From positions 32,001-96,000 of the forward strand of contig JBBSQY010000001.1 in assembly GCA_038243585.1 (NCBI GenBank): a stretch of 64,000 nucleotides of DNA. Reading direction: 5' to 3'. This document shows positions 50,149 through 60,246 of this stretch, piece by piece. A program made the position numbers and the translations under genes. The stretch comes from Candidatus Sumerlaeales bacterium (lineage in GTDB: Bacteria > Sumerlaeota > Sumerlaeia > Sumerlaeales > Sumerlaeaceae). The notes below the pieces were generated by a model. The model was not told where the DNA came from and did no database searches. It saw only the letters and a program-made list of their open reading frames with translations. Numbering within the stretch: the stretch's first letter is position 1; each line of letters starts with the position of its first letter.

Positions 50149-51015
50149 TTACAGCGGAACCCGCTGAAAATCCGGGGGCACATCCATAATTGTTAACGGT
50201 TGATCTCGCGGCGCATTCGGCTGCAGGTCACGGGCTTCCACGGTGGCCACGGCTCCGGTAGGCAGTTGGGCCTCGAAGCGTGAGGGCAGCAGATGGGTGG
50301 TTTTGCCGTTGGGATTGGGATAAAACGCATATCCATCAAAGCGCACGCTGCCCATTGATCGGCGTCCCGAGTTCCGTTCAATCTTATCGACCAGCAGGTC
50401 ATTCATGCGGAGATGGTAATTTTCCGAAGTACCCGTTGCATAATTGACCGTTACAATATAATGGTCCGGCGTCTGCTGAATGGTTGTGCCGGGGTTGCTC
50501 GTCAGGTGGCGATAGAGATTCTGGTCTACCAGAAAACTATACATAAGATCATCGGGCTGAAGTCCGGCCATTAGCGTTGGATTGGCACGAAGAGCGGCGA
50601 CAGTGCCTACATGGATCTTTTTCTCCGGCACCAGCATCACCTGCACCTGGTCGCCTTCCATTTTGAAGTCAAACAGAGTGCCAGCGTCGGCGGCACCGCG
50701 CACCCGCAGGAAATCCGGAGGAGCGAAATACATATTTGCGTCAAACTGAAGGCGGGTCCGGCTGCGGGCTTCGCCGACGATAATACTGAGCTGCCCCAGG
50801 ATGGAACGGGTGTCGGACTGTCTTTGCTTTAACGCATTCGCTATATCCGCGATTGCCATTCCGGGACCACCAATCACCTGTGTAATGGGAGATTGAAATG
50901 GCGGAGGCGGCTCTGCCTGAACGCGACGGGCACGACGGAAAATATCGCAGCCGCTCAGCATCACTACAGCCAAAGCTAAGATGATCAGTAGAACAATGCG
51001 CCGACGATTAATCAA
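50149..51015 (-). CDS. Putative lipoprotein (LolA/LolB-like fold possible)
   Basis: Basic N-terminus, hydrophobic stretch, LSGC lipobox. Confidence 0.75.
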   Translation of the reverse strand: MINRRRIVLLIILALAVVMLSGCDIFRRARRVQAEPPPPFQSPITQVIGGPGMAIADIANALKQRQSDTRSILGQLSIIVGEARSRTRLQFDANMYFAPPDFLRVRGAADAGTLFDFKMEGDQVQVMLVPEKKIHVGTVAALRANPTLMAGLQPDDLMYSFLVDQNLYRHLTSNPGTTIQQTPDHYIVTVNYATGTSENYHLRMNDLLVDKIERNSGRRSMGSVRFDGYAFYPNPNGKTTHLLPSRFEAQLPTGAVATVEARDLQPNAPRDQPLTIMDVPPDFQRVPL

Positions 51016-51574
51016 GATAGATCTCCGGCTTTAACACGCCGATTCCGGAAAGGTTGCGGTAATTTTCATTAAAATCAAGGCCGTATCCAACCACGTACTC
51101 ATCGGTGATCTCAAATCCCGTGTAGCGAAGGGGAATGACATATTTGCGCTCTCTCTGCTTTTTAAGCAGGCAGCAGACTTCTACGCTGGCCGGATCCTGG
51201 ATTTTAAGTAATTCGATTACGACGCTCAGGGTGTGACCGGTATCCAGTATATCTTCCACCAGAAGAATGTCTCGCCCCTGCAGGTCCAGTTCAGTATCTT
51301 TCGTAATGATCACGCGGCCAGAGGATCGCGCACCCTTATAACTGGAAGCGCCCATCAGATCAAATGCATGAGGAATAGTGATTGCCCGGGTCATGTCGGC
51401 AAGAAATAAAATACCGCCCTTCAATATGCTGATCAGCACCAGGGATTTGCCCCGATAATCATCGCTTATCTCTCGGCCAAGTTGGCCAACCCGTTCATGA
51501 ATCTGTTCTTCTGTATATAGAACTCTTTCCAGGTCTTTAGAAAGGTCTTTTTCCTCGTCTTTTGGAAAAGACAA
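51008..51574 (-). CDS. hpt: Hypoxanthine phosphoribosyltransferase
   Basis: ILKGG, VEDILDTGHTL, VVGYGLD; TTG start after GGAG. Confidence 0.93.
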   Translation of the reverse strand: MSFPKDEEKDLSKDLERVLYTEEQIHERVGQLGREISDDYRGKSLVLISILKGGILFLADMTRAITIPHAFDLMGASSYKGARSSGRVIITKDTELDLQGRDILLVEDILDTGHTLSVVIELLKIQDPASVEVCCLLKKQRERKYVIPLRYTGFEITDEYVVGYGLDFNENYRNLSGIGVLKPEIYLD

Positions 51575-51708
51575 TATTATAGCTCCAGGTGTAAGTGAGT
51601 GGATAAAAAGCGCTGCCACTGGTATAACTTTTGTGGCCTGCTTAATTGGTACGATGGGCACGACAAAAAAATCGAAGCTAATCATACAGACAGGTGGAGG
51701 AAGCCAAT

Positions 51709-52299
51709 ATGAAAAGTAACCTATGGATAGCAATGCTGGCCATTTTACTGGCCGCGGCGCCTTCGGCGGGTTGGAGCCAGCGGGGCGTAATTAACTACGA
51801 AGATCTGTCTCAGCGGAAAACGCAGCGCACCGATCGGGATGCCCGAAAAAAGGAAGACGCTAAAAAAGCCGACGACGCCAAAAAAAAGGCGGACGAGGAT
51901 CAGCGACGGGATGAACGTCGCAAACGGTATGAAGAGGAACGAAATAAAGATAGCAAAGACGACAAGAAGCCTGCCGATCCTGCCAAAAACACCGCGTCCG
52001 CCAAGCCTATGGGCGCAACCGGATCTGCAGCAGACGCCATGAAAGCCGCCATCGCAGCCCGTGCCGCCCGCAAAACGGGGGGAAAAGCAGGTGGCCAGCC
52101 TGGAGCGGCGGGTTCAGGATCTGATCCGACGGGCCGCGAAGTTACGGAAGTCATGCTGGACGCCGTCAGAACACAAACGGTGGAATTCAGCGTTGAGACG
52201 GCGAAGGAGGACCCCGGAATGATTATGCTGAACCCCCCCAAATTTACTCCAACTGAGCGAGTGCGCGCCGGGGATTCCGCCATGGGTCAGCCGTTGTAA
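51709..52299 (+). CDS. Secreted highly charged hypothetical protein
   Basis: GGAGG RBS; signal peptide; K/D/E/R-rich coiled region. Confidence 0.7.
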   Translation: MKSNLWIAMLAILLAAAPSAGWSQRGVINYEDLSQRKTQRTDRDARKKEDAKKADDAKKKADEDQRRDERRKRYEEERNKDSKDDKKPADPAKNTASAKPMGATGSAADAMKAAIAARAARKTGGKAGGQPGAAGSGSDPTGREVTEVMLDAVRTQTVEFSVETAKEDPGMIMLNPPKFTPTERVRAGDSAMGQPL

Positions 52300-52354
52300 G
52301 CCGAAACAGGGTAGCATCGGATATTCCCAAAAAGAAATCGAAGCAGGAGTGCAT

Positions 52355-52385
52355 GGACGGGGGAAATCCCCGTCCTATTTTTTTT
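52355..52385 (+). terminator. Rho-independent terminator
   Basis: GGACGGGG / CCCCGTCC stem followed by T-run. Confidence 0.8.
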
Positions 52386-52504
52386 CCGACTTCACGACAT
52401 TTCTCCTAACTGCCTGAATTCACTTGGCCGGAAAAAACTTGACTTGATTGCGCCCCACCCACACATATTTTATATATACATTAACTAGGCGGTTTAATAG
52501 TCAT

Positions 52505-54124
52505 ATGAAAAAAAGGTTTGGTTTCATGCTCCTGTCGTCAATAATTCTGGCCCCGGCCACCCTGGCAGCCCAAAATTCAAGCGTACCCTCACCCTCAGCG
52601 TTTGAAATCCGCGGTCTCAAAGGCCTCTTTTGGGAAGGTATCGATAAGTATTACAAGGCCGTGCCGTGGATGGCAGACCATAATATGAACTGGCTGATGC
52701 TCTGTTATACCGCCTATCCCGAGAGTGGCACAGACTGGCGCGCCGACTACTCAGATCAGCACCTTGCGGAAATGAAGGAACTTGTGACCAGAGCCGGCGA
52801 CAAAGGCATTACTGTCAGCCTTAGTTTTAATCCCGGCATCTGGAGCAAACCGCCTTTATGCCACTCATGTGAGGAAGATTACCAAGCCGCATGGCGCAAA
52901 GTAAAAGACGCCCACAGCATCGGCATCTATTCCATTGCCCTCTGCCTTGACGATATCGCCCGTGAGCTTCTGCCGGCTGATAAAGAAAAATACGGAACGC
53001 TGCAGGAAGCCCAGGTGGATTTCGTTAACCGGATGTGGAGGGACATTCAGAGCCTCTCTCCCCGGCCGCAGTTCATTTTTTGCCCGAGCGCCTATACCAC
53101 TGACGACATGAAACGGCACATGGATTATACCCTAACCATTGGCGAGAAGCTCGCGCCGGGCATTGAAATTTTCTGGACTGGCCCGACGGTGGTGGCGGAA
53201 ACCATTACCGTGGCCGATACCAACCTGGTAGCGGGCTGGCTTAAGCGGAAGCCATTCATCTGGGATAACTATCCTGTTAACGATATGTTCCCATGGCGCC
53301 CATTGCTGGCTCCGATTGATGGCCGCGACGCAAACCTGGCGGGCGCAGTGTCCGGCATACTTTTTAACCCAATGAAGCAATGGGAGGCCAATAAAATCCC
53401 GCTGGTTTCCGTTGCGGATTATCTATCGGATCCCGCTGGCTATAACCCTGCCGAGGCAGATGGAAAAGTGCTTGCCGAGTACCCAGCGCAGGATCATCCG
53501 GCGATAAGGCTTCTGACGAAATACTACGGGTCGTCGTTTGTTGGCGAAAAGAACTACCCGCCGGGTCCCCAGGCAGGTAGTAATAACGCTGAGATTGTAG
53601 CGGACCTGAAAAAGCTGCAATCTCTGATGCGTGATGGTTCGCCTGAAATGCAGGCGTTATGGGCCGATGTGAAAGATACGGTGGAAGCTGATTTAAAAAA
53701 CCTGGAGATCATGGCACAGGCACCGGTTTTCGGCGGTGAGGCCATGAGCGGCGGCGCGATGGATCTGGCCGAAAAGGCCTTTGGCCACAAAGCCGCACTG
53801 GTGTATGCAAAAGCCTCTGGCAAGTCGCAGGCAGAGGTGGTATTGAGTACAGATTCCACCACAGCATCGCCGACCCGCCTTCGGCTGTTTGCGCGTAACG
53901 GCGACGGCAAAAAGCCCAACGTGAAAGTAAGCCTGAACGGCCAGACAATTGTGGAGGGCATAACGGATTTCTCCCAGTCTGCTTTTGAGGCACGGGAATT
54001 CTCGTTGCCAGCGGATAACCTTTCTACTGGCAGTGCCGTATTAAAAATCGAAAATCTGGAGCCAAACGGAGTAGTCGGAAGCCCGCCATGGTTCGCGGTA
54101 AAATGGGTCCAGTTGCTGCAGTAG
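52505..54124 (+). CDS. Secreted GH84 beta-N-acetylglucosaminidase-like protein
   Basis: LCLDDI catalytic DD, FCPSAY, FWTGP, IWDNYPVND, NPM motifs. Confidence 0.85.
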   Translation: MKKRFGFMLLSSIILAPATLAAQNSSVPSPSAFEIRGLKGLFWEGIDKYYKAVPWMADHNMNWLMLCYTAYPESGTDWRADYSDQHLAEMKELVTRAGDKGITVSLSFNPGIWSKPPLCHSCEEDYQAAWRKVKDAHSIGIYSIALCLDDIARELLPADKEKYGTLQEAQVDFVNRMWRDIQSLSPRPQFIFCPSAYTTDDMKRHMDYTLTIGEKLAPGIEIFWTGPTVVAETITVADTNLVAGWLKRKPFIWDNYPVNDMFPWRPLLAPIDGRDANLAGAVSGILFNPMKQWEANKIPLVSVADYLSDPAGYNPAEADGKVLAEYPAQDHPAIRLLTKYYGSSFVGEKNYPPGPQAGSNNAEIVADLKKLQSLMRDGSPEMQALWADVKDTVEADLKNLEIMAQAPVFGGEAMSGGAMDLAEKAFGHKAALVYAKASGKSQAEVVLSTDSTTASPTRLRLFARNGDGKKPNVKVSLNGQTIVEGITDFSQSAFEAREFSLPADNLSTGSAVLKIENLEPNGVVGSPPWFAVKWVQLLQ

Positions 54125-54130
54125 AGGGAC

Positions 54131-54169
54131 AAAAAAAGGTGGTTCCGGACATCGAGTTCCGGAACCACC
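54131..54169 (-). terminator. Rho-independent terminator
   Basis: GGTGGTTCCGGA / TCCGGAACCACC stem with T7 on minus strand. Confidence 0.85.
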
Positions 54170-54191
54170 GATGATCTAGAGACGCCTCTGC

Positions 54192-57100
54192 CTAATCGCC
54201 GTAGGACGCCCAGGCGTTTACTGTCTGTTCATTACCTGGATTATTAAAGACTGTCGTCACTGGCACATAAAAGCTCGCGCCTTCCTTGACATTGTACACG
54301 TACCCTTTACTGTAATCGGCAGAATTAACGAAGCCCCTCGCGAAGGTACCCGGCCCGCAGGTAATCTTCCACAGCTCGCCGTCCCGCTGAACGTCCATGA
54401 TATCGTAGCACGCATTGCGGACGCCGTCATTGGCGAAGATAATTTGCGATCCTTTGATCGTATCCGGATCGCCTTCGGATATCTGCACCCACGCAACCGC
54501 GGGTACATTTACATTTTTTTCAAATCGGACCAGTGTACCTGCAATATTGCCAGTCCCCGCGACTGCTTTGCCTCCAAAGCTGAGATTCGTGCCCTGGGTA
54601 AGGCTGGCGCTGGTGATCTTTCCGTCTGAAACGCGAAGCCAGGCGTAGGCTCCGTCGGTAGCGATTCCGCCGCTTGCCTGCACGCTTTTTCGGGTTGGAT
54701 TGCTGATGAAATAATCTGTCGTTCCGCCGGCCAAGTCCACCTTTACGGCCACCACCTCCGCGGAGTCTGGCGTTGTTATCGGCAGACGCGTTACGTTTTC
54801 CACAAACGGCGTAGCCTTCCAAGGTTCTGCCACGGAGACGAACTGTGACGACAACGCGGTCGAACTGGCACGATGAAGCAGGGCATAACGCATGAGTTCG
54901 GGATTGCCGGGCTTGTTCTGTGCGGGCACTCCGTCGGCCAGGGCCACGTCGGTCAGCGCCCCCACAAAATGAAGGCGCATGTGGATATCATCCGTGGTCT
55001 TTACTCCGCGATAACCTGTGTCCGCTTTCCAATCGACCTTAAACGATGTCGCCGGGGCAACTGAACGCTGGACATTTTTAAGGTAAGAATACCCAAACGG
55101 GTGGGCGGTGGAATTATCGCCATACGCCACAGTTGGTCCGGCATAGGTGCCCGTGGTTTGGCGGTTCAGCGACATCCCGTCTAGTGTAACAGCGCCGGGC
55201 GGCCCATGAAAGCTCATTAAATGGTCTGTGCCGCCAGATACGCGAAAAATGTCCACGGCGTAAGCATTGCCATCCGGCGCCTCAACAAACGAAATAGTAC
55301 GCGCGTATTCCGTGCATTGCGGATACACGTTCTTGCTTTGAACCTCTGCCACGCCGAAACCGGGAGCGGCGCCGTAAAAGCGAGGGTAACCGGTCCAGTT
55401 TTGCGTCTGGATTTTCTTATCAACCACTACAGTGTTATGACTTAGCGTGTTGTTGTTCCAGGCCGCGCGCGGCTTGTATGTCGAGCTGGCGAAATCCGGA
55501 TATCCCAGGTCGGGCGTCAGGTCGGTGTTAAAGGCATAAATGCTATAGTTGAGTCGATCCTGGTGTCCATGGCCTTTGTTGCGGCCATAATACATCCACA
55601 GCGCCTTGCCCGCGGCAGTATTACCAAACTCGAAGCTCGCCAGGCCGTAGCCGGCCATGTTCTCGCCGAATCGCGGCGCGCCGTTATAATTAAGTGCCGC
55701 CTGCTCCAGACGTTCGTTCATTACGTCCGGAGTCGTGCTGCCGACGTCTGTCAGCAGGCCGGTAGATCGACGACCATTTGCTTCCCAGGCATACCTTGCT
55801 GCTGTCTCATCGCCAAAAAACTCATAACCCGCCGCCAGCACATCTGGGCTTATGCCTGGAGTTATGGTTCCGACCGCCCCGGTGTCGCCGATATTAGGCA
55901 TAAAAGTGTTAAGAGCCTGCACCCGCCAAGGCGCGCGAAACGCGTTGCGGAAGTATGGAAAGTCTCGGCTGATTCTGTTTTTTGTGTAGGAAGAATATGG
56001 CTCCAGAATATCCATGATTTCTTTAATTTTCCCGGGCCATAAATAACAATAGCCCGGAGCAGCCTCATCCGCCATACCGTCGCGATCAAACAGCTCGATC
56101 ATCATCTTAGGAATGTGGCCACCGTCGGCTGCGAAAATCCAGTCCAGCCACTGCGACGTCTTCGGCTCCGTGTTCAATGCCAGAGCTGCGCATGCCATGC
56201 TGCTCTGGTGCATGCCTTCGTTTCCCTTAATCTGGCCCGAAATCAGCGCCGCCGCAGCGGTATTCAGAACTCCGGAATCGATGTTGGTTACGAGCGCCGC
56301 GCGGGTGCCTTTGACTCCGGGCAGATTGAATTGTTGATCTTTAGCCTGCAGAAAAGCGTACAACTCGGGGTTTTCCACCGTACCGCTAATAATCCTGTCA
56401 TAGGCGCGGGCCAGTTGCTGGACGGTTTGTGTCTCCCAAATTCGGCCTTCGATTTTACCTACCCGGTTGCCACCATCGCTATGATACCATCCGCGATCGG
56501 CGTAAGGTTTCCAGTCCATCGCGGGATAAACATCCGCGATTCGGTCCATCATGATTGCTGCCTTACGAGCATACATTTTGTCGCCGCTGAACACATAAGC
56601 CTCGCTGAGCAAAGTCAGGCCGGACAAGATATGACGCCAGTATTTCCACGCGTAATAGCCGATGAACTTGTGTTCCCGTCCGTTAACATCTACATAGCCA
56701 TACCCGTCGTCCACGCCATACTTGTGTAGCGGGTCGGCAGGGTTGGGATGGGCCGCGTTAAACAACAGCGAACTGTCCGCCGTTGTCCGATTAAACAACC
56801 CTTGCCCGTCAATACCACTTCGATAATATTGTTCAAAGTCATTGGTGGGAAACACAACAGCGCAATTAGGACAGGTCAGCTTCCACGGCTTGGTTTCAAA
56901 GTCTGGCGTGTATGGATAATTGCCATATTTGGCTATTTCAAGTCCGCAGTTCAAACAGCCGAGTTGCAGTTTCGACGGGAAGTCGTAGTCCCAGGTCACA
57001 TCAATAGTGCGGGGCAATTGCTGCCCCGGTATCATGGCCCAGAGCTCCTCGTCGCTTTTTGCGGCCCACGGGGCGGCAGCGGAGGTAGCGGCGTCGCGCT

Positions 57101-57257
57101 GAACACCAACCCAATCTACCGTATTGGCATTGTTCCTGGTATTTTGCAGCCGTTGTTCCGGATACATCCCGCCGAATTCACGCTGTGCCGTCAGTGCGCC
57201 GGGCATTAAAAATAGAAATAGTAAAACTCCTGATAGTTTATTGCTTGTAAGCCGCAT
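54192..57257 (-). CDS. Secreted heparinase II/III family lyase-like protein with C-terminal W-x-x-Y tail
   Basis: GAGGAG RBS; signal peptide; GHGHQDRL, DLGYP, SHNTVVVD motifs; ends QTVNAWASYGD. Confidence 0.85.
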   Translation of the reverse strand: MRLTSNKLSGVLLFLFLMPGALTAQREFGGMYPEQRLQNTRNNANTVDWVGVQRDAATSAAAPWAAKSDEELWAMIPGQQLPRTIDVTWDYDFPSKLQLGCLNCGLEIAKYGNYPYTPDFETKPWKLTCPNCAVVFPTNDFEQYYRSGIDGQGLFNRTTADSSLLFNAAHPNPADPLHKYGVDDGYGYVDVNGREHKFIGYYAWKYWRHILSGLTLLSEAYVFSGDKMYARKAAIMMDRIADVYPAMDWKPYADRGWYHSDGGNRVGKIEGRIWETQTVQQLARAYDRIISGTVENPELYAFLQAKDQQFNLPGVKGTRAALVTNIDSGVLNTAAAALISGQIKGNEGMHQSSMACAALALNTEPKTSQWLDWIFAADGGHIPKMMIELFDRDGMADEAAPGYCYLWPGKIKEIMDILEPYSSYTKNRISRDFPYFRNAFRAPWRVQALNTFMPNIGDTGAVGTITPGISPDVLAAGYEFFGDETAARYAWEANGRRSTGLLTDVGSTTPDVMNERLEQAALNYNGAPRFGENMAGYGLASFEFGNTAAGKALWMYYGRNKGHGHQDRLNYSIYAFNTDLTPDLGYPDFASSTYKPRAAWNNNTLSHNTVVVDKKIQTQNWTGYPRFYGAAPGFGVAEVQSKNVYPQCTEYARTISFVEAPDGNAYAVDIFRVSGGTDHLMSFHGPPGAVTLDGMSLNRQTTGTYAGPTVAYGDNSTAHPFGYSYLKNVQRSVAPATSFKVDWKADTGYRGVKTTDDIHMRLHFVGALTDVALADGVPAQNKPGNPELMRYALLHRASSTALSSQFVSVAEPWKATPFVENVTRLPITTPDSAEVVAVKVDLAGGTTDYFISNPTRKSVQASGGIATDGAYAWLRVSDGKITSASLTQGTNLSFGGKAVAGTGNIAGTLVRFEKNVNVPAVAWVQISEGDPDTIKGSQIIFANDGVRNACYDIMDVQRDGELWKITCGPGTFARGFVNSADYSKGYVYNVKEGASFYVPVTTVFNNPGNEQTVNAWASYGD

Positions 57258-57320
57258 ATTGATACTCCTCATTTTCACTTAAATCCGGGTGATTCTGACC
57301 CCGAAGGAATGGAAATTTTC

Positions 57321-58175
57321 ATGTCGAAATTGAAAATAGGCTTTCTTGATCACCACCTGAACACGTCACATTCAATGAAGTTCTTAGCTCTTTTGCGGGG
57401 ATGTGTCGGAAATGGGGAAGTTGAGATCGCCGGCGCCTGGGAATCTCACCCGGAAGTGCCCGACTGGTGTGAGACCAACGGGGTTACGCGGATGCACAGC
57501 GCTGCCGAAGTAATCGCCGCCAGCGACGTCATCATGGTGCTGGCGCCCAACAACTCTGAAGCGCACCTTGATCTGGCCCGCCCTGCCCTGGAAGCGGGCA
57601 AGCGGGTGTTCATCGATAAGTGCATCTCTGGCTGCTTAAAAAGCGCGCGGGAAATCGCGCGGCTTTCCGATCGGCATAACGCCCCGGTGATGGCCGCCTC
57701 TGGATTACGCTTTGCCAGCGAAATCGACGCGCTGGAAGAACGGGAGCCGCCACCCTATGAAGCTGTGTATGCCCGTGGCCTGGGCAAATGGAACGGCTAC
57801 GGCGTACACACCATTACCATGGCCCTGCGCCTGTTTGGCTCCCGGGTAACGCGGGTAATCGATACTGGCACTGACGAGGCCCGCTATGTGACCATCGACG
57901 ACGGGACCCGGCGCGCTGTTATCGAAGTACGCGTATCCGAAAACCAATATGAGGCCACGCCATGGCAGGTCGGGGCGCTGGTTTCTAACAAGTATGAAAC
58001 GGCAACAATCGCAAGATTTGACCAATTTTACCAGAATCTGATGCAGGAAGCGTTGGAGTTTTTCAGAAGCGGCATTTCCCCGGTTTCCATGGACGAAATG
58101 ATCATGACCATCGCCATCGAAAAGGCGGCGGAACTCAGCATGGCAAACGGCGGCGTTTGGGTGGAACTGGATTGA
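57321..58175 (+). CDS. Gfo/Idh/MocA family oxidoreductase
   Basis: H...A...LEAGKRVFIDK and YGVH motifs. Confidence 0.8.
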   Translation: MSKLKIGFLDHHLNTSHSMKFLALLRGCVGNGEVEIAGAWESHPEVPDWCETNGVTRMHSAAEVIAASDVIMVLAPNNSEAHLDLARPALEAGKRVFIDKCISGCLKSAREIARLSDRHNAPVMAASGLRFASEIDALEEREPPPYEAVYARGLGKWNGYGVHTITMALRLFGSRVTRVIDTGTDEARYVTIDDGTRRAVIEVRVSENQYEATPWQVGALVSNKYETATIARFDQFYQNLMQEALEFFRSGISPVSMDEMIMTIAIEKAAELSMANGGVWVELD

Positions 58176-58294
58176 GAAGTTGCACAGACATAAGTTGAAC
58201 CCGCGCAGTCCAGAAAGTCGTTTTACGTAAATGCTGGCCGATTCCACTGAGAACCTTGTCGACCTCGTCGGTGAGGCTCTTGTGGAAGATAATG

Positions 58295-58384
58295 TGGCGG
58301 AGGGACAGGGATTCGAACCCTGGGGACCCTTTCGAGCACACACGCTTTCCAAGCGTGCTCCTTAAGCCACTCGGACATCCCTCC
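58295..58384 (-). tRNA. tRNA-Ser (anticodon GGA)
   Basis: GGAGGGATGTCCGAGTGG...CACGC-TTGGAAA-GCGTG, long variable arm, GGTTCGAATCC, TCCCTCCGCCA. Confidence 0.96.
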
Positions 58385-58504
58385 GCACAGCGCCAAATGG
58401 CCCAAAATCACCAGTCAGCAGCGATTCAATCTTAGCGATGCAGTATCGATTTATTCAACAGCCCGGCATTGGGCATAGCTTCGCATACAGCCGTAAGGCC
58501 TGTG

Positions 58505-59503
58505 CTACTTGCTGACGTCGTGGAGTTCCTGCATTGCCGTTTTGTATTCCAAGGTCAGCGTTTTGTTGATCGCGACCGCCGCCACAGCTCCTTCTGCCGC
58601 TGCGACTATCACTAACTGCGCATTATGAGACGCATCTCCACAGCAATACACGCCCTCTATATTCGTCATCTCATGCGCCCCGACCCATATGCAGTCCTGC
58701 TCTGTCATCCGACACCCAAGTTTCAGGGGCAACTCGCCACAATGCAGTTTCTGAGGTCCGCAAAAAAACAGGGCATCCCGCTCCAGATGCGTTCCATCGC
58801 TCAAAACGACTCTCTCCAACTTGCCATTTTCACCTTCCAGAGCGGTTACACATTCCTGTTTCACAGAGATGCGCATCTTTTCCAGGTAAGCGATTTGCGA
58901 CTCGGCGAAGTCGCACTTTCCATCGGTTAGCAGTATAAGATCCCGCGTCCACGCGGTCATCTCCTGGACCAGACCGAATCCACTACAATTTTTCCCGTAA
59001 ACGGCAATGCGCTTGTCGCGCCACTCATACCCGTCGCAGATTGGACAATGATGAACACTGGTGCCATAAAAATCATCTATGCCTGGGATGTCTGGAATTT
59101 CGTCAACAACCCCTGTGGCAACGAGTAGTTTTCGCGCCAGGTAGCGGCTGCCGTCTTCCAATAAGACAACAAATCGGTTGTCGTCAGTACAGAAACCGTC
59201 CACTACCAAACCATCTATCGAAGTCACGGTAGGATACGCGGTCAGTTCCTTTCGGGCGATTTCTTTTAAATCCGCAGGCGACATGCCGTCACGGGTCAGG
59301 TACCCGTGCATGGATTTCGACCGCCCGTTGCGGGGCTTGCCGGAATCCACCATGAGAACCTTGCGCCGACACCGACCGAGGATAAGCGCTGCGCTCATGC
59401 CTGCGGGACCGCCGCCTATAATTATGACGTCAAAAGCATCAGGATCTGTGAGCCTGGGAAAGGTATATAGGGTCTGTGGGGCGAGATTTTTCATACTATC
59501 CAA
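58505..59503 (-). CDS. Thioredoxin reductase-like NAD(P)/FAD oxidoreductase
   Basis: IIGGGPAG, ATG, CPICDGYE, GD motifs. Confidence 0.9.
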   Translation of the reverse strand: MDSMKNLAPQTLYTFPRLTDPDAFDVIIIGGGPAGMSAALILGRCRRKVLMVDSGKPRNGRSKSMHGYLTRDGMSPADLKEIARKELTAYPTVTSIDGLVVDGFCTDDNRFVVLLEDGSRYLARKLLVATGVVDEIPDIPGIDDFYGTSVHHCPICDGYEWRDKRIAVYGKNCSGFGLVQEMTAWTRDLILLTDGKCDFAESQIAYLEKMRISVKQECVTALEGENGKLERVVLSDGTHLERDALFFCGPQKLHCGELPLKLGCRMTEQDCIWVGAHEMTNIEGVYCCGDASHNAQLVIVAAAEGAVAAVAINKTLTLEYKTAMQELHDVSK

Positions 59504-59558
59504 TAAGAGTTAGAGTACAATGTCTGGCGAGTTGGGTACACCAAGATTCGGCGGTGCA

Positions 59559-60131
59559 CTATTCGATGCTGGTCGCGCCGGCCAGTTCCACCAGCGCGCA
59601 AAGTTCTTCAAATGCAACGCGGCAGGCAGGGTCGGTCTGGTAAATTTCCCGCACCTTTGCCCTTCCCGCTGAAACATCGCCAATGGCTTTGCCTTTGGCC
59701 ACCCACAGGCGGCAATCTGCCTGCATCGGACCCCAGTTCCCACATTCTACGAAGGTCTCGTTCAAAAATATAAATTTAGGAATCGCCTCGCCGCCGTTGG
59801 TGAGAAAACGCGCGAACACCTCGGGATTGTCGCTCCGGGAAATGAACCGGGTCTCTATATGCGGGCTCGAAGTAGAGATTCGCGCCATTACCGGCGCGTG
59901 ACGAACTACGTCGCCACACCAGTCTTCCGCAATGGCGATCACGTGAACCGGGGAAGAAATCTGGCCGATCAGCTTGGCACATTCCTCCGGCACCTCCAGG
60001 CTTTCATACCGCTCACGCATCCGTGTCGCTTTTTCATCGCTCTCGGCGGCTTCCAGCCAGTCTTCCCATGTCTTGGCGCTGCTATAAATACTTTTCCAGT
60101 CAAGAACCGGCAAGGTCGGTGGGCGGGGCAT
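59559..60131 (-). CDS. Thioredoxin family protein (single-Cys WCGD type)
   Basis: AEDWCGD, TNGGEAIP, WGP motifs. Confidence 0.85.
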   Translation of the reverse strand: MPRPPTLPVLDWKSIYSSAKTWEDWLEAAESDEKATRMRERYESLEVPEECAKLIGQISSPVHVIAIAEDWCGDVVRHAPVMARISTSSPHIETRFISRSDNPEVFARFLTNGGEAIPKFIFLNETFVECGNWGPMQADCRLWVAKGKAIGDVSAGRAKVREIYQTDPACRVAFEELCALVELAGATSIE

Positions 60132-60246
60132 GAATTAACTCCTGTAAGAATTTTGACGCAATGTCACAAAAGAGTACGAAGATACGCGGCAGCAACAAAA
60201 GCAAATGATACAGGCAAAAAGCATACCGGGAAGAAGTTTGCCAGCC

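Noticed and set aside
58176..58384. Possible integrative island at tRNA-Ser
   Set aside because: No integrase and no duplicated tRNA 3' end seen in the window.
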